DNA from: Fistulifera solaris
Taxonomy: Eukaryota
DNA length: 64,000 nt
Assembly (NCBI GenBank): GCA_030295235.1
Contig: AP026148.1
Span: 558,001 to 622,000, forward strand
Reading direction: 5' to 3'
The notes under the pieces are model-generated. The model ran no database searches and was not told the DNA's origin. It saw only the letters and a program-made list of their open reading frames with translations. The position numbers were made by a program, and so were the translations under genes. Of this stretch, positions 24,187-37,200 are shown one piece after another. How positions within the stretch are numbered: the stretch's first letter is position 1; each line of letters opens with the position of its first letter.

Positions 24187-24948
24187 ATGCTAGTTTCCAG
24201 CAAACAAAACCGCCTTTCATGCTCCAAGAGTCCCTTGGAGACGATTTTCGACACGCGACAGCGGCCGACAAGCCGTCTGTGGTCGTTGCAAGCCGAAAAT
24301 GTTGACGATGTTCCCTGTCTCTCTGATTGCGACGCGGGTGTCGCGGAATCGTTGCTTCCACGTGATTTCGATGTCGACAATGATGATGAAATCTCTTCTT
24401 TCCTTCTGTCCCTTACCGTATTGCGTGAAGAACCGCTGTTGACGGTGAACAAGACTCAAAAGGGAGTATTAAAGACGAGCACTCCTTCGGTGACGTTACA
24501 CTCTTCGCTCAAGATTGCTCCGTCCAGTCATCCTGTGCCTCGTCGTGTTCAATTTGCTTCGGATCTTGCGAAGATTAAAGAGATTCCCCATCATTGTTCG
24601 TTCACAGCCGAGCAAAAGCGTTCGTTATATCGTGACCTCGAGACCTTGCAAGCCGAGAGCGATGTCATTTGTCAGGAGATTGAATTTGAGCGCAGTCTGT
24701 ATGGCGATGAATGCCTCGAGACTGTGTTGGAAGAAGACGCCTATTTCCGGAATCGTTGTGGTGAATTGGTTCATCCAGCCCACTGGAGTGCTTTCGCGGA
24801 TGAGATCGTTGACAGCCTTGACGTCGACCCTGCATCCGTACCACCTGGTTTCTCGTCGGTAGAAGCCTACAAGAAGTATTTGTTCAAATACGAGCGTTTC
24901 TATGATCATGTCCTTCCGAATCGTGCGTTTGTATCATCCAGTCGGTGA
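24187..24948 (+). CDS. Cassette gene B, inverted copy
   Basis: Intact 253-aa ORF. Confidence 0.85.
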   Translation: MLVSSKQNRLSCSKSPLETIFDTRQRPTSRLWSLQAENVDDVPCLSDCDAGVAESLLPRDFDVDNDDEISSFLLSLTVLREEPLLTVNKTQKGVLKTSTPSVTLHSSLKIAPSSHPVPRRVQFASDLAKIKEIPHHCSFTAEQKRSLYRDLETLQAESDVICQEIEFERSLYGDECLETVLEEDAYFRNRCGELVHPAHWSAFADEIVDSLDVDPASVPPGFSSVEAYKKYLFKYERFYDHVLPNRAFVSSSR

Positions 24949-25366
24949 AAGAGAGGTGTTGCTTTGTCGTTGCCTTTCGTACTTTTTGTGTTTGTCATTT
25001 TCCGTCGTTCTAGCAGCAAGACCACTTTGTTATTACCCTTTCTTTATTCGATAGTAGTAGTTGATGTTTTTTTGAAAATAAGAAGTAGTTACCCTATTCG
25101 CTTCAATAAAAGTAGATGATTTAGTTACGGTCGTGAATTAGTTTTGGTCCGTTCGTCTGTAAGGAAGGCGTAACACGAACGCTGATGATGTGCTTTTGAA
25201 AGAGAAGCAACGAAACGATGCAACAATGACAATAGGAAAATCCTTAAAATAAGCATGCCTATAGCTCAAGAACTTAACTTTACAATCAATCGAAACGAAA
25301 AGCTCAACACAAGACTGCACAGTATCTTTTAGGGAAGAGGAACAGCGAGCATTGAAAGAGACGAAG

Positions 25367-26993
25367 ATGAATAACAAGCGAAATGTACAGCAACGATCGC
25401 TGACTTCGTTCTTCCAGCCTCATCCGAAAAGACCAGCCACTGTTTCTCCAGTTACTGAGCTAGCAATCGAATTCCAGCAACAAAAGAGGAGCAATCTTTT
25501 CAGTCTTCGGTGTCGCTTACGGTTAATAGCAATAACATCAACAATGACAGCAACAAAGAAAATGAAGCCATCGAAGAATCAAAGCCGCCCAGCTTTCACA
25601 AAGTACGCCATCGCCGTAGAATGACTACTTCGAAGAATATCATTCATCAATTGCATCAACAATCCACCTACGGAAGAATTGTGATTGACGCTCGAACTAT
25701 TCCTTGGACGGCGCCATCGTGGTTGCCCTTGCCGGCCGGAAAGGTGATAGATTTGGCCTTTGATGTTACGGGCGTCTTGTTGGCTGTAGCTACAGTATTG
25801 CCGCAGGGTCGATCGGCTATTCGTGTCTACGATTGGGACATGTTGGAAGCGGCGGATCTGCAGTATCGTCGTCGATGCGAGGGGGAGACAGCGATCTTGT
25901 CTCCCGTCATTGATTTGGCTCTATCATCGATTGCTTTTTTGAAATGGAATCCCTTTCAACCCGATGTCTTGGCTGTCGGAATACGGTACGTCATAATTGC
26001 AACTTGATACGATAAGCCCGTGTCACTCTCAACTTCTATTTATTTAGAAATACAGGAACGGTTCGATTGTACGATATGGGCATTGTGGCGGAATGGGGCG
26101 ATCGTCGGGGTCATATTCCTTTCGTCGAACTCAAAACCAATTTAGTTGCACCGACGGACTTCTCGGTTTGTTTTGTTACCGGAACACAAATGATCTTGGC
26201 CGCGAATCAGTTTCTTTCGTGTTGGGATATACATTCCAACCGTGCCATACGGAAATGGACATGTGATCTGCGTCGTCGGGTAACGAGTCTTGTGGCGTTT
26301 AACGACCAGGGTCGCATGGCCGTGGGGACTATCAATGGTATGATCGCTATACTGGATTGCAACCGACTCTCAAAACAACCCTTTTCCAGGGAACTGACTC
26401 CCACTGTGTTAAAAGAATTCAATACGTTGCGTGAGATAGATTCCTCACCGAGTCCGCAGTATATGGGCATTCGGGGATTGTCGGTGGATCGACTCGGACC
26501 TCCGGGATGGCTTCAATTGCGATGGGTGACTTCGTGTGGATGGCATTTGTCGGCCCAATTCGATGGGAATCGCTTAAAGATGGAACCCACCTGCATCCAT
26601 TACACTACCGCGCGAATGCAATGTGAAAATGCTCGAGGCGTCTTGTTACCGGAACTGCCGAATGCGTGGAGTATGCCCGGCCACCCCAAAGTGTGTGTAG
26701 GACAGTTACCGCAGGCCTTGTTTTGGGAGAATGTACCCGCCGTTACCCAGATCTTGCCGGGTCATGACTCGCGTGCCGAAGGTGACGACGTGTGTCGTTA
26801 CGTACGATCGGATTACAAGCGCTTCTTGTTGTGGAGAAAGCACGACGATCCCAAAGTGCGACGAATCCCCTTGTCGAAATCCAAAGGAAGTCCCGTATGT
26901 TTTGCTATTCATCCAGGATTGGAATGGATTGTGGTGGCGACAGAACAAGATCAACTTTATCTGATCAACTCTCGAGCTAAAATGACAGTGTAA
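25367..26993 (+). CDS. WD40-like beta-propeller protein with N-terminal PIP-box-like motif; frameshift near 25500, intron ~25986-26047
   Basis: QRSLTSFF; VIDLAFDVTGVLLAVAT, IRVYDW, LKWNPFQPDVLAVG, CFAIHPGLEWIVVAT; GTACGT...TTTAG intron. Confidence 0.65.
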
Positions 26994-27102
26994 AAATGTA
27001 GTCAGTTGTTAAAAGAATTGCGTGGTTGGCTCACGATTAGACTAAAATGAATTATTGGAGAAATGGAAACATTTGGTGTTGTGGGATACTTGCGTGTAAA
27101 GT

Positions 27103-28314
27103 TTACGAACACACCGATGTGGGCGGTGAGCTGCGATTCAATTCAAGCAACAAGTCAGCATCGTTCATCATATCCGACATTCGCTGTCGGGTTTCGGTCA
27201 CTACTTCTTCGTGATCCGATGACGATGTACTGTTGCGACGACCCTGGGGAATCGAAACGGTTCGAGGTGGTCGCATGCGCTTCAATGTCGAATTCCAACG
27301 ATTTTTGATGGCATTGTCCGTTCGACCGGGTAAGCGCTTCGCAATTTCGGCCCAGCGATTGCCGAGTTCTTCGTGGGCCATGATCAATGTCTGATCTTCT
27401 TGTTCGGTCCACTCGCTCTTGTTAATGTTGGGATCCAAATGATTGTACCAGCGTTCTCGACATTGCTTTCCCAGACGCCCGTTCAATTGTCGTGCAATTT
27501 GGCTCCATTTCTTGGTTCCGTGCAAATGCACCAGACGAGCCACAGTCTCATCTTCTTCGGTCGTCCAGGGTCCCTTGACAAGTCCAGGTCGCAGTACTTT
27601 TTGCCAACGGTGCAAACATTGAACGTCCGATCTTCCGGGTAAACAACCGGCAATCTTCTTCCAGTTCTTTCCACCGTGTTCTCGTACAGCTCGACGCAAC
27701 AGATCGTCTTCTTCTTCCGTCCATTTTCCCATGGAAGCACGGCGTTTATGGAGCATGTCGTTGCGGGGCACATCGTCGTTACTGACCATGCGAGCCTCCA
27801 GCGCCGCCGGTGCGGGCGATGGAGTCACTCCGGGTGAAACCACCTTCGTCCGCGGATTATTTCGATGGCTGTAGGGCTCGGAGGGATACGAGTAAGGAGG
27901 AATGGTGTGTGGGTAGGGATATCCACCCCAATAGGAAGGCGGGTGATGATACGGGGGATGCGGATGATATCCGTAAATAGGATACGGAGGAGCTCTCATG
28001 TAATGATCCATAGTGTGGGGCGGTGGAACTGCGGATCGTTCGGGTGGCTGTGGATCTACCACCGAAGGCTTGGAGGATGATGTCTTCCTTGGGTCTTTGG
28101 GAGACTCGCGCAAAGGCTCCGCTTTCAAATTGGGAGTCGTCACGTTCGAGTCAACTGTGGTGGCATCAGAATCAGCCAGAGCAGCCGAAGCCAGTGCCCC
28201 TAAACGGCAAGCCACCATTTTCTTGGAATCACTGGAGGGCGAAGATGATTCGGCTTCCAGCGATGTTGGGTCGGCGGCAATCAAAGAAGGCATCTGCTGG
28301 CGTATCATGTGCAT
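27103..28314 (-). CDS. Three-repeat Myb (R1R2R3, MYB3R-type) transcription factor
   Basis: Three Myb repeats: [10 protein letters not shown]...[20 protein letters not shown]...[20 protein letters not shown]...[12 protein letters not shown]; start inferred at MHMIRQQ. Confidence 0.92.
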   Translation of the reverse strand: MHMIRQQMPSLIAADPTSLEAESSSPSSDSKKMVACRLGALASAALADSDATTVDSNVTTPNLKAEPLRESPKDPRKTSSSKPSVVDPQPPERSAVPPPHTMDHYMRAPPYPIYGYHPHPPYHHPPSYWGGYPYPHTIPPYSYPSEPYSHRNNPRTKVVSPGVTPSPAPAALEARMVSNDDVPRNDMLHKRRASMGKWTEEEDDLLRRAVREHGGKNWKKIAGCLPGRSDVQCLHRWQKVLRPGLVKGPWTTEEDETVARLVHLHGTKKWSQIARQLNGRLGKQCRERWYNHLDPNINKSEWTEQEDQTLIMAHEELGNRWAEIAKRLPGRTDNAIKNRWNSTLKRMRPPRTVSIPQGRRNSTSSSDHEEVVTETRQRMSDMMNDADLLLELNRSSPPTSVCS

Positions 28315-29033
28315 GCGAGATTGTGAGATAATGATACGAATTGAACTGAAGTATTCGTTATATATGTGTAAAGATCGATCTTTTGTTGTACCGGTCACTT
28401 TTTGTGGCCCGTTTACCGGACAAATAAGCTGGACGAGGATGGACGAATTTGTGACGGGCAGAAGAAAAAGGAACCAAACGAGTCTTTTTCCCACCGTGGC
28501 ATGCGTTATTGTATTCCGATTACTGTACGTGGACTTAGGAGCGCGCCAATGAAATGTGGACTTTTTGGTCCGTGAAAAATCATTTCGTTTTAAGTAATGA
28601 AGCCGGCTCGCGCGCATAAGTGTACACTAACGACTGCATCAGTCACAGGGGAATAGCTGTCGTTAGAAGTTTGAAGGACTTTTTGCGAACGGTTGGAACC
28701 TTTCTTTGGGGAGCGAGCAACTGATTCTTTCAAAAAGTGAAGGCACGGATGAAGAAGCTCGGAGTGGGAGTTTGTTGCAAAGGCCTGTGCTCATTCCTAC
28801 AAACGAAACGGATTCCTTTTACAAAGCCGTTGACGTGTTTTGCGTCCGTTCGAAGGTACGGGAACGTTATCAGAAAATATCCTTGTTCTTATGAACGAGT
28901 GTATTTAATTCTTCGTCGTGTTCTAATTTATATATTGTATTACGTCTCTCTATTGTATTCTTTTCTTTCTTTTCTTCCTCTCCTTCTATCATGCATTCTC
29001 ATAGCATTCTATATAAAAATACATCGCATCCCC

Positions 29034-29931
29034 TTACACACTCGGTTGCATCCAACGATACAATACATTGGAAACACCAAACATCCACGCCATATGATAG
29101 GAATTATCAATGACACGGAGCGCCCATCCTCGCGTAAACGCTCGTACTCCATGTTCACGGTACATGCGCGCCGCTACGGAGAAAAAGTCCCGAGCGGCAC
29201 CCTCATGGAGCGGTTTCTGACTGTGCGTAATGATATTGTCAATGGGATGCGTCAAACTACCCACGGCACCACCAATGAGTCCACACACGACGAGTTCGGC
29301 CGTGTTGAGTTCCGAAGTGTCACCAGAGATTCTCTTTTGATGGATACGCCAATTTTTGGCTTCGGTCGATAAACCAAAGCGAACGCCCCAATCGAGCGAA
29401 CGACGCACCATGGTCGGAACAATCCCATCGTAGAGCGCCAGAACTCCGCGTTCCCGCACCACAATTTGCAACGCTTGCGAAGGAGTCATTTGCACCATAT
29501 CTTGTCGGGCCACCGCAAAGAGTTTCATTTTTGAAAGGGCGTAATGAAAAACGCCTGAGACAATCCCCCGACAAATCCGGACGCTTTCTCGGCGGCATCC
29601 TGTGCGACACCCATTTGTTGAAAGACTTGCATCGATTCGTGTTGCACAAAGAGGACCGGAACACCCTTCGTACATTGACACAATCCCCACGGCATGAATC
29701 CCCGAAAAAGGCCCGATGCGCGTAGCCTCCGGCTTCTTGCATCAATTTACGGTGCACATTCCAGTAGGATGAATCGGTGACGAGTTGTTTTTTGAGTTGT
29801 AAGACATCCAAATAATGTCCTCCGGTGACCATTTCACCAAAGACCATGCAAGGTCCGATGATGAGTTGTTCAAAGGCGGGTCGTCGTGTGCGGGGTTCGC
29901 GGATGGCGACGTGTTTGTGGAGCATGGCCAT
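29034..29931 (-). CDS. Mitochondrial carrier (SLC25) family protein, frameshifted
   Basis: GVLALYDG, THPIDNIIT..Q and GVRAFTRGW carrier-type segments across ORFs 29320-29931 and 29034-29690. Confidence 0.8.
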
Positions 29932-30533
29932 TTTAAAGACTCTATTATTTTAGTTGTTGATGAAATGATTGTATTCTATCTATTCGAATTCGATGATGAT
30001 GATGATTCGAAACAACATTGCAACCCATCAAGAAATGCTAGCTTATCTATCTGATTCTATGCGGTGATATCGTTTCTTCATGGTGGGGGATGAAAGTGCA
30101 AAACGAATGCATGTCACTACATACTCCTGTCATAGAATCGCAAGGATTCGATTCGTTGTTTCAATCGTGATGTCAGATTGATGATGCAATTGCAACGATC
30201 CGTTGACACGATGCGATCTCGCGTTTTCGAGTGTGTGCTTCTTGATAACCAATACCAGTACCAGTACACCAGGTGTAGCATAGAGAGCAGTAGCAACCCG
30301 AAGGCGAGATTCGTGGTTCGGGTTTCTACTTTTACAATCCTTACCGTAGTGTCACAACGTGTACGAATGTGACGAAAGAACATACGTGTCATAAAACAGT
30401 CACCAGTTGTGAGTCAAGAGTCGTGGAATACTCCCGCGCTCCAAAATTATTTGAAAATGACTACTACTTAATATTTTTTTCTGTTCTTCCATTTGCCAAA
30501 GATGAACAAGCAACAAAACTTTCATCATTGAAG

Positions 30534-31158
30534 ATGATGAAGTCTTCACACAGTTTTACTACAAGTTGGATCATTTTATCTTGTCTTCTTTTTTCTTGCA
30601 ACGAACGCATCCCGTTGGAAATGTTCCGTCGTATTGCGGCATCGACATTACGAACTCGCGTTTTGGCGTTTCCGTTACTCGCGGCAATCCTCAATCGCCA
30701 AGTGGTTTCGCTTTCGCCACTATACTCCCTACAGTCTCACCGCGCAGTGTCAAAGCGACTGGAATAAATTATGGGGCAAATCACGGTGTGGGAATCATCA
30801 TCATGATGATAGTGATCGTTTCGTTTGGCGGACCACGACAGATGGCAACATTCAATTGGCGGCATATGCCTACGATCAGGGCCAGAAACCTTTTCAAAAC
30901 GAAGGTACTTTGTTAAAGACTTTTACAACAACGATCTCGCCGCAACAGAAAATGGGATCAAAAATCGACTGGTTTCCAGATCGGACCGAGTATTCTCTCT
31001 ACGATGAAAATGGAACGCAATTGGAAATGGTAACGATTGAACATGACAACACTTGTCCCCACTATAATCGCGGTTACATGTTGGGTTTGTATTTTGGTGG
31101 GAATTGTCGGACCCCGGATCGGGTTACCGTGTGTTTTCAAGAAACGTCAAATTTGTAA
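30534..31158 (+). CDS. Secreted hypothetical protein; frameshift in T-run near 30590
   Basis: Hydrophobic N-terminus joins DWNKLWG..CGNHHHDDSDRFVWR...AAYAY...LYFGGN. Confidence 0.6.
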
Positions 31159-31180
31159 TAAAAACGTTTTGCTGCACTCT

Positions 31181-32331
31181 CTAGTTTTCGACAAGTTGCT
31201 GTCCTCTTTGCAATTGCAACCGCGTTAGCTTTTGCGGAATATAGTGACACTTTCCCGTCCGAGTACTGTGTACTTGCAAGAGAGTGGGGAATTGCGCGAA
31301 GCGGTTGTAAAAAATACTAAATCCTTCCACAATGTACATTTCGTTGCCGATTTTGACCACATCCCCTTCCTTGGCCAACCGCCGTACGACGTGTTTCGAG
31401 TGTTTCGCACGTTGGATCCATCGTTCCGCCAAAGCACGCCGTTTTTTGACAAATGTTTGGCTGATGGTGCTTTCCATGTCCGCAGGCAGGCGCTGTCCGG
31501 GTTGTGGATTTAACGTGATCGTATCTTCGCGAACATATTGACGATCCTTGTTGCCGTAACAGTGATGTTTGACTTCGACTAAATCCGCAAAACGGCGGAA
31601 GCGATTGTAGAAGGAAGTAAACCCCGTGACAATGTACAGTTCGTCACTGCCGGCTGGTTGCAAGACATCATCAAGGGCCACGGGACGTTGTTCGTCCAAA
31701 ACTTTGTTTTCTTGTGCTGTTTTGACATGGACTCGACTCCAAAGATTGTTCGGGCTAGATGAAGATACTTCGATATTTGATGCGGATGGCTGCATACTAG
31801 TGGGGAGATCCGGAGCGGCTTCGTCTTCTATGGATTCTGCCCCCTTGATTTCTTTTGTTTCTTTTTCATCCTCGGATTCTTCTTTTTCACCGTTGTAGTG
31901 GTTGTCGTCTTCCTTTTCTTCTTTTTCTTCTGTGTCTTCTCCTTCGAATCCTTCACAGTATGAGGCTCTTCCTCGTCGTCTTCTTCTTGCTTGACTTTTC
32001 TCATTGCAGGTTGGGGAGATGATTTCTTCGGGAGACTCGAACTTTCGAGTCGAGGACGACGTCGTCCCAAGTCGGTTTGAATCCGATCGGCTTCGATGTA
32101 TTCTTGATAGTTATGCATTTGCCATTGTACACAATGATGGATAACACCTTCTATAGTCTTTGGCGGCTCAGAGGTAACTCGAAACGCAGGATGATCGATT
32201 TTACCGAATTTTACGTAAACGAGTTCGCCTGTGAAAAAACGAAAAAGAATTGAGATTTTCGTAAATCTTTTTGCATTTGAAACAAACTAACAAAGAGAGA
32301 GCAACTCACCCAACGTAGTCTTGTCAGACAT
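31181..32331 (-). CDS. Hypothetical protein: PWWP/Tudor-like N-terminus, K/E-rich linker, two C-terminal repeats; intron 32229-32309, frameshift near 31880
   Basis: GTGAGT...CACAG splice gives in-frame MSDKTTLGELVYVKFGKIDHPAF continuing into ORF 31828-32118, then ORF 31181-31795. Confidence 0.6.
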
Positions 32332-32736
32332 GTTGTTGTATTTGTGAAGCGTAAGCCAACAATTGACTTTTACGGAGCATTAAAAATGTTCCCTTTCCCT
32401 TGTTTCTTGGTTTGTTTACAAAGTAATTGTTGTTGTTGCGAAATGAATGTCGCACAATCTTCCTTTGGAATGCGATGCGACATTAAAATCTACATTATTT
32501 CCTAGAGAGAAGAACGAGTTTGTACTTAAAATCCGAACTAAGTAGACTGGAGCCTCCATTCGTTCTGTTCTCTTGCAATGAACCTGAACGCTCAGCTACC
32601 AGTATTGTTCCGCGACTGCGCTGTGATGCAACCAAACGGAAAAGAAGAAAAAAATGAAACGAAGCTTCCATCCATCTCCAATCTTTCTATTATTGAGCTA
32701 ATACATACTTTGCCTAAAGGGAAGTTGTAGTGAAGT

Positions 32737-34092
32737 ATGATTCAAGCGCACCCCGTTTCATTTGGTAATCCAGCGCTCGGTGTTTATCACGGTACCGTTT
32801 ATACTTCGGATAACAACAATCAAGACGAATCCTCCTCCTCTTCACATGAAACAATCAACATGGTCGCCATGATTCATGTGCCTCCAGAACAAGTCCCCGA
32901 AGGAGTTTTAAATATCACACGAGCACATCGTCCATGGATGCGGCGCGTTCGCATTGTCATTTCGCAAGACGATGAAGAACGAACGTATCTCGTATTGTTG
33001 GAACTCTCGAATCAGGAAGCTGTACAAAGCATGGTCCAGGAATTGCATCACACGCCGTATACTTGTCTCGATGAAGCCCAAGTCTGTCACGTCTATCCCG
33101 TTGTTAGTGTACAAGGGCACGAAGGTGTCTCGCTCGTGTCACCCTTTTTCGCACCTGGACGTTCGGACGACTATCATTGTGCCGTGTGTCTAGAACACAT
33201 GGACGAAACAACCGACATTTTCACGACCGTCTGCAACCATTCCTTTCATATCGATTGTTTGATTCAATGGCAAGATTCTCCCTGCCCGGTGTGTCGGTAT
33301 GATCATGCAGGTCTCAAAGAAGCCCTCTCGCAATGCCATCAATGTGGAACGACCGATCACAATTATGTCTGTCTCATTTGTGGCATCGTGGCGTGTGGAG
33401 GCGTTGCTTCGACGAGTACAGCTGGTTGTCCGACACAAGAACCGACACCTCGTACAACATCTCACGCTCAACAGCACTACGACCAAACACTCCATGCGTA
33501 CGCCCTCGATACCATCACACAACACGTGTGGGATTTTGCCGGTCAAGGATACGTGCATCGCCTGCTGCAAAATAAAGAAGACGGGAAGCTGGTCGAAATC
33601 AGCGATCCCAACAATATTTCTTCGCGAGAACGATCGATTCATCCTACCGCCATGAGCGATGCGCAAGAAGGAGAAATGGTGCATCGCAAATTGGAAGGAT
33701 ACGCGAGTCAGTATTATACCTTGTTGAAATCGCAACTCGAACAACAACGCATCTTTTATCAAGGTCGGTTGGAAGAATTGCGACACGAATTTCGTCCCCA
33801 GCCGCAGGCGCACGATGTTATTTTGGCATTGAAACAGGAACGGCAACAGCTTGCGCAGCGACTGCAGAGTGTGCAGGCCCGGTACCAAAAAGTGCACGAC
33901 AATATTCAATTTTTACGGAATATGAACGAAAGTTTGGAAGCCAATCAAAAGGCGTTGGAACAAGAAATGAAACAGGCACGACGCGAGCAAATAGAAGTAC
34001 GTCAAAAGTTGGAATCCGTGTTACCGCCGTTGCAGGAACAGGTGACGCGTCTGATGCTGCAACTGGAACGGGAATGTGATACTGCGTCGTAG
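32737..34092 (+). CDS. BRAP: BRCA1-associated protein 2 / IMP / Etp1-like RING and ZnF-UBP ubiquitin ligase
   Basis: RING CAVCLEHM...CNHSFHIDCL..W...CPVCRY; ZnF-UBP CLICG...HAQQHY...VWDFAGQGYVHRL; C-terminal coiled coil with SQLEQQR. Confidence 0.92.
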   Translation: MIQAHPVSFGNPALGVYHGTVYTSDNNNQDESSSSSHETINMVAMIHVPPEQVPEGVLNITRAHRPWMRRVRIVISQDDEERTYLVLLELSNQEAVQSMVQELHHTPYTCLDEAQVCHVYPVVSVQGHEGVSLVSPFFAPGRSDDYHCAVCLEHMDETTDIFTTVCNHSFHIDCLIQWQDSPCPVCRYDHAGLKEALSQCHQCGTTDHNYVCLICGIVACGGVASTSTAGCPTQEPTPRTTSHAQQHYDQTLHAYALDTITQHVWDFAGQGYVHRLLQNKEDGKLVEISDPNNISSRERSIHPTAMSDAQEGEMVHRKLEGYASQYYTLLKSQLEQQRIFYQGRLEELRHEFRPQPQAHDVILALKQERQQLAQRLQSVQARYQKVHDNIQFLRNMNESLEANQKALEQEMKQARREQIEVRQKLESVLPPLQEQVTRLMLQLERECDTAS

Positions 34093-34283
34093 TCGCTGGT
34101 GGAATTTAGCAACGACGGATCCGCAACGTTCGATCCGCAACGTTAGGGGTGCGAGCCTCACTTTCCGGAAAGTTTCGGTGTTCATGGAACCACGGCAGGC
34201 GGTGACAGTCTGGAGACGCACTAGGGAGGAGCAGAGCTTTGTTCATTATGCTTTAAATAGTTTGTTCATTTTGTCTATTTCTT

Positions 34284-37200
34284 TTATACGTAAGCGTGGG
34301 GTGCTCCACTGTCACTATTATCCTCAAAAGACTTATTCAAGTGAGCTCCATTGTTCTCAAGGTCTCCTGCGAAACGAAATGCTAGCATTGGAGAAGGATC
34401 TCTACCTTCGTTGGCTTTCACCCACCCTATTTTGGGAGGTACGTGTACGCAGTCTTCCTGCACGGGAGCCGTGTAGAAGTCGATATCCGAGCTCGTGCCC
34501 GGATTTCCTCCGTACGGCACAATGGAAATGTACCAGTGTCGAGTGTTGTTACTCACTGGGCATTGGAAAATGTAAAACTTGTAGTCTGTGTCCTTCCATC
34601 GCCCATGCTTTGTATACCTGCATGCATTTGAAAAGAATCCGTCTTGAGAGTACACACCGTCCACTGCTGGGTTGCCAGCTCCTTGTACAAAAACTTGAAA
34701 GGGGCCATCGTTCGCAACGGGGGCGCAGTGACCCTCCGCAGTATCATAATGGGAGTCCTCATCGTCTTCAGAATCATTCATACCAGCCACATCGGAGTCC
34801 GAGTTTATGTTGTGGTCAAGGGGAGCAACATGGCCAACCTCCCTCTGCGAATAATCAGATCGATCTTGTTGATGCATTCGCGACCGCGGGTCAAGCAAAT
34901 CTCGTTCTATAAAAGCCCAAAGCGGTCGATTTTCACTCATCCAATGATAGACGGGAAGAAGCTTATACAAACTTCGAAGGATCTCCATATACCTAGCAAG
35001 ATGAAGGTAGACTTCGTTGTTGTAATGAGCTGCGCGAGTCATCGACTCGAGGGCTTTAGTGACTTCCAAAAGTCCACAACCAAAGTTGACTGCCCGTGCT
35101 GGCTTAGCAACACTTCGCATAATATTGGCGATATTGATCTGTTGATGTTCACCAGGAGTGCTCGCGATTGTTTGTAAAACTGAAACAGCCGGACCAATTC
35201 TCTCATTTCCAGACCAGTCGTTTGGTGTCTGATAAATTATTTGCAGGGTGCGGACAATAAGAGGTTCTGCATCTTTCCTATACACAGACAACGCAGCAAG
35301 GTATTGCATTAAAGGTTCAGAAACACTATATGCCATTGTGAAAATGGACGGAGTCATCAGAAGAACGGCGGTGGTCAAATTTCCAACGTCAAAATGATTC
35401 TCCCGGTAAAGGGCAGAAACATCTAGAGCAACACTTTCAAACGGTTCTCGTAAGCTTTCCCTGCCGCCGTGAGTAATAACTCGAGATTCTTTCGTACGCC
35501 TGGAAAGATCAGGGCGAAATCCAAAAACATGCAAGTCATTCCTTAAACGCGCGTCGTTACTTTGCACGCAGTCACGGTAGTAGGCGAGAAAGCCTTCCAA
35601 ATTCAATACCATCTCTCCTTTTGATCCTGTGCCCTCGGCTGCTGGCTGATATTTGAGCATGATGTCATTTGTTTTTTGCTGTGCAACAGCTCTTTGGTTG
35701 GGTTCAACTATACACAAGTAGTCTTCTAGCTCCTTTTTCTCAAGCCAGGACTCCCGGCTTCACAAAATTCTTCGAAAATAGTTTGAAGGGCCTTGCTAGC
35801 TTTTTCGGATATATGCGGGCGCAATCGGCTGCGGCCGAATTCGTCGGAATTATGAAGGAGCGGTACATGGTCAGCACTCGACATTCCACCAACGCAGATT
35901 AGAGCTTCCAACATTGACAAATAGTCAGTAGGAAGGGGGCCTCTTTGAGAGTTCAGGTCATTGGAGTTCAACATCGTGTTGTTCGTCATCGGAATGGCAT
36001 GCATAGAGGAGCCTGACTCAGCTTTGGCCTGGATATTTGCTACTTCATGTGACATCGTCGCCCCAGGAAAGGCCAACCTGACAGAATTCGGGGATCTTTC
36101 GCGGCCTAAAAGCGCTGCAAGTCGTGCACTTAGCAGAGCGTTCACCATCGGTCGTTGAAAAACAGGTTTTCCTTCAAATGACAACTTGGCTAAATTCTTG
36201 ATGAATAGGCAGGCTTCAGTCGCGAAGCGCCAGCTTCTTGGAATCGATTCAAGCAAAACATTCATGTGAGAAAGGATAATGCCAATGCTAGATGCCGTTC
36301 CGTTAACCATTTGGTCGACATCTTCATGCAAGCTCCACCTTCCTTCCAAGCGAGTTGGCATAGGTGATGAGATGGTGTTCCCTGAACTCCTTTCTATCTC
36401 AGCGACTTGTTCTTTCCACGCCCTTGACCAATTTTGGAAGGGCAAAAACTCATCAAAAACAGCAGAGATAGTAGCCACGCTAAAAATGCGGGCTGCTGCT
36501 ACTCGAATGCTCTTTTGCGGACACTCTAAAAGAAAAGTGCGCAACCAGTTTTCGCTAACAGTGAGCGTTTTCCTCGCTAGATTCCGCACAAAAAACACAG
36601 CACTTTCCCTGTCTGACGAGAGCAATTCTTCCAGTTTGCTGACCCAATCATTTAGCGTTCCTAGCTCGGACGAGTAAAATAGCACATCGAAGACGTATGA
36701 AATCAGCATCGATATAGCTGGTGCGAACCATGTTTGCCTTTTGGTATCTAGTGCGCGACTGGGGCCAGTGGTGGGAATTCGGCAATACCCAAGAAGATCT
36801 TGTAAGAAGGATTGAAACTCGCCATTGAAAAGAAAAGATTGCCAGCGATGCGCCGCGGTCGATGTCCTGACGTCGGGAACGTACACATCATATCCAGTCG
36901 AAACGTCATATTTCGGCGTAGATGTAGCATCTCTTTTCTCCTTCTCAGGAACCTCTGTAGGCTTGACTTTCTCATAAAAAAGCATCAGCGCATTGGCAAA
37001 TTGCTCTTGTTCAACGGTGTGTAGCTGGCCGTTTGGCCATTTAGTTTCTTTTCTTACCCTACCTCCAAAACATTCACTTTCGATCATTGCCGGATCAAAA
37101 GGTGTCACATCTTCATCATCGAAACGGTACCATTTATCTGCATTTGTACCTGGACCACGCTCTTTGATGAAGCTATAGTAATGCCCTCCTTGAGCTACTC

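Larger units (their letters stand above)
21320..24995 (+). repeat. Inverted copy of the A-C-B cassette
   Basis: Reverse complement of ~6400-10000 including spacers; same gene order in transcription direction. Confidence 0.95.

Noticed and set aside
1..24995. Cassette as a transposon or Helitron (CTAG-containing hairpin near 316)
   Set aside because: No transposase, Rep/helicase or reverse transcriptase; no terminal repeats or target-site duplication seen; the hairpin is internal rather than at copy boundaries
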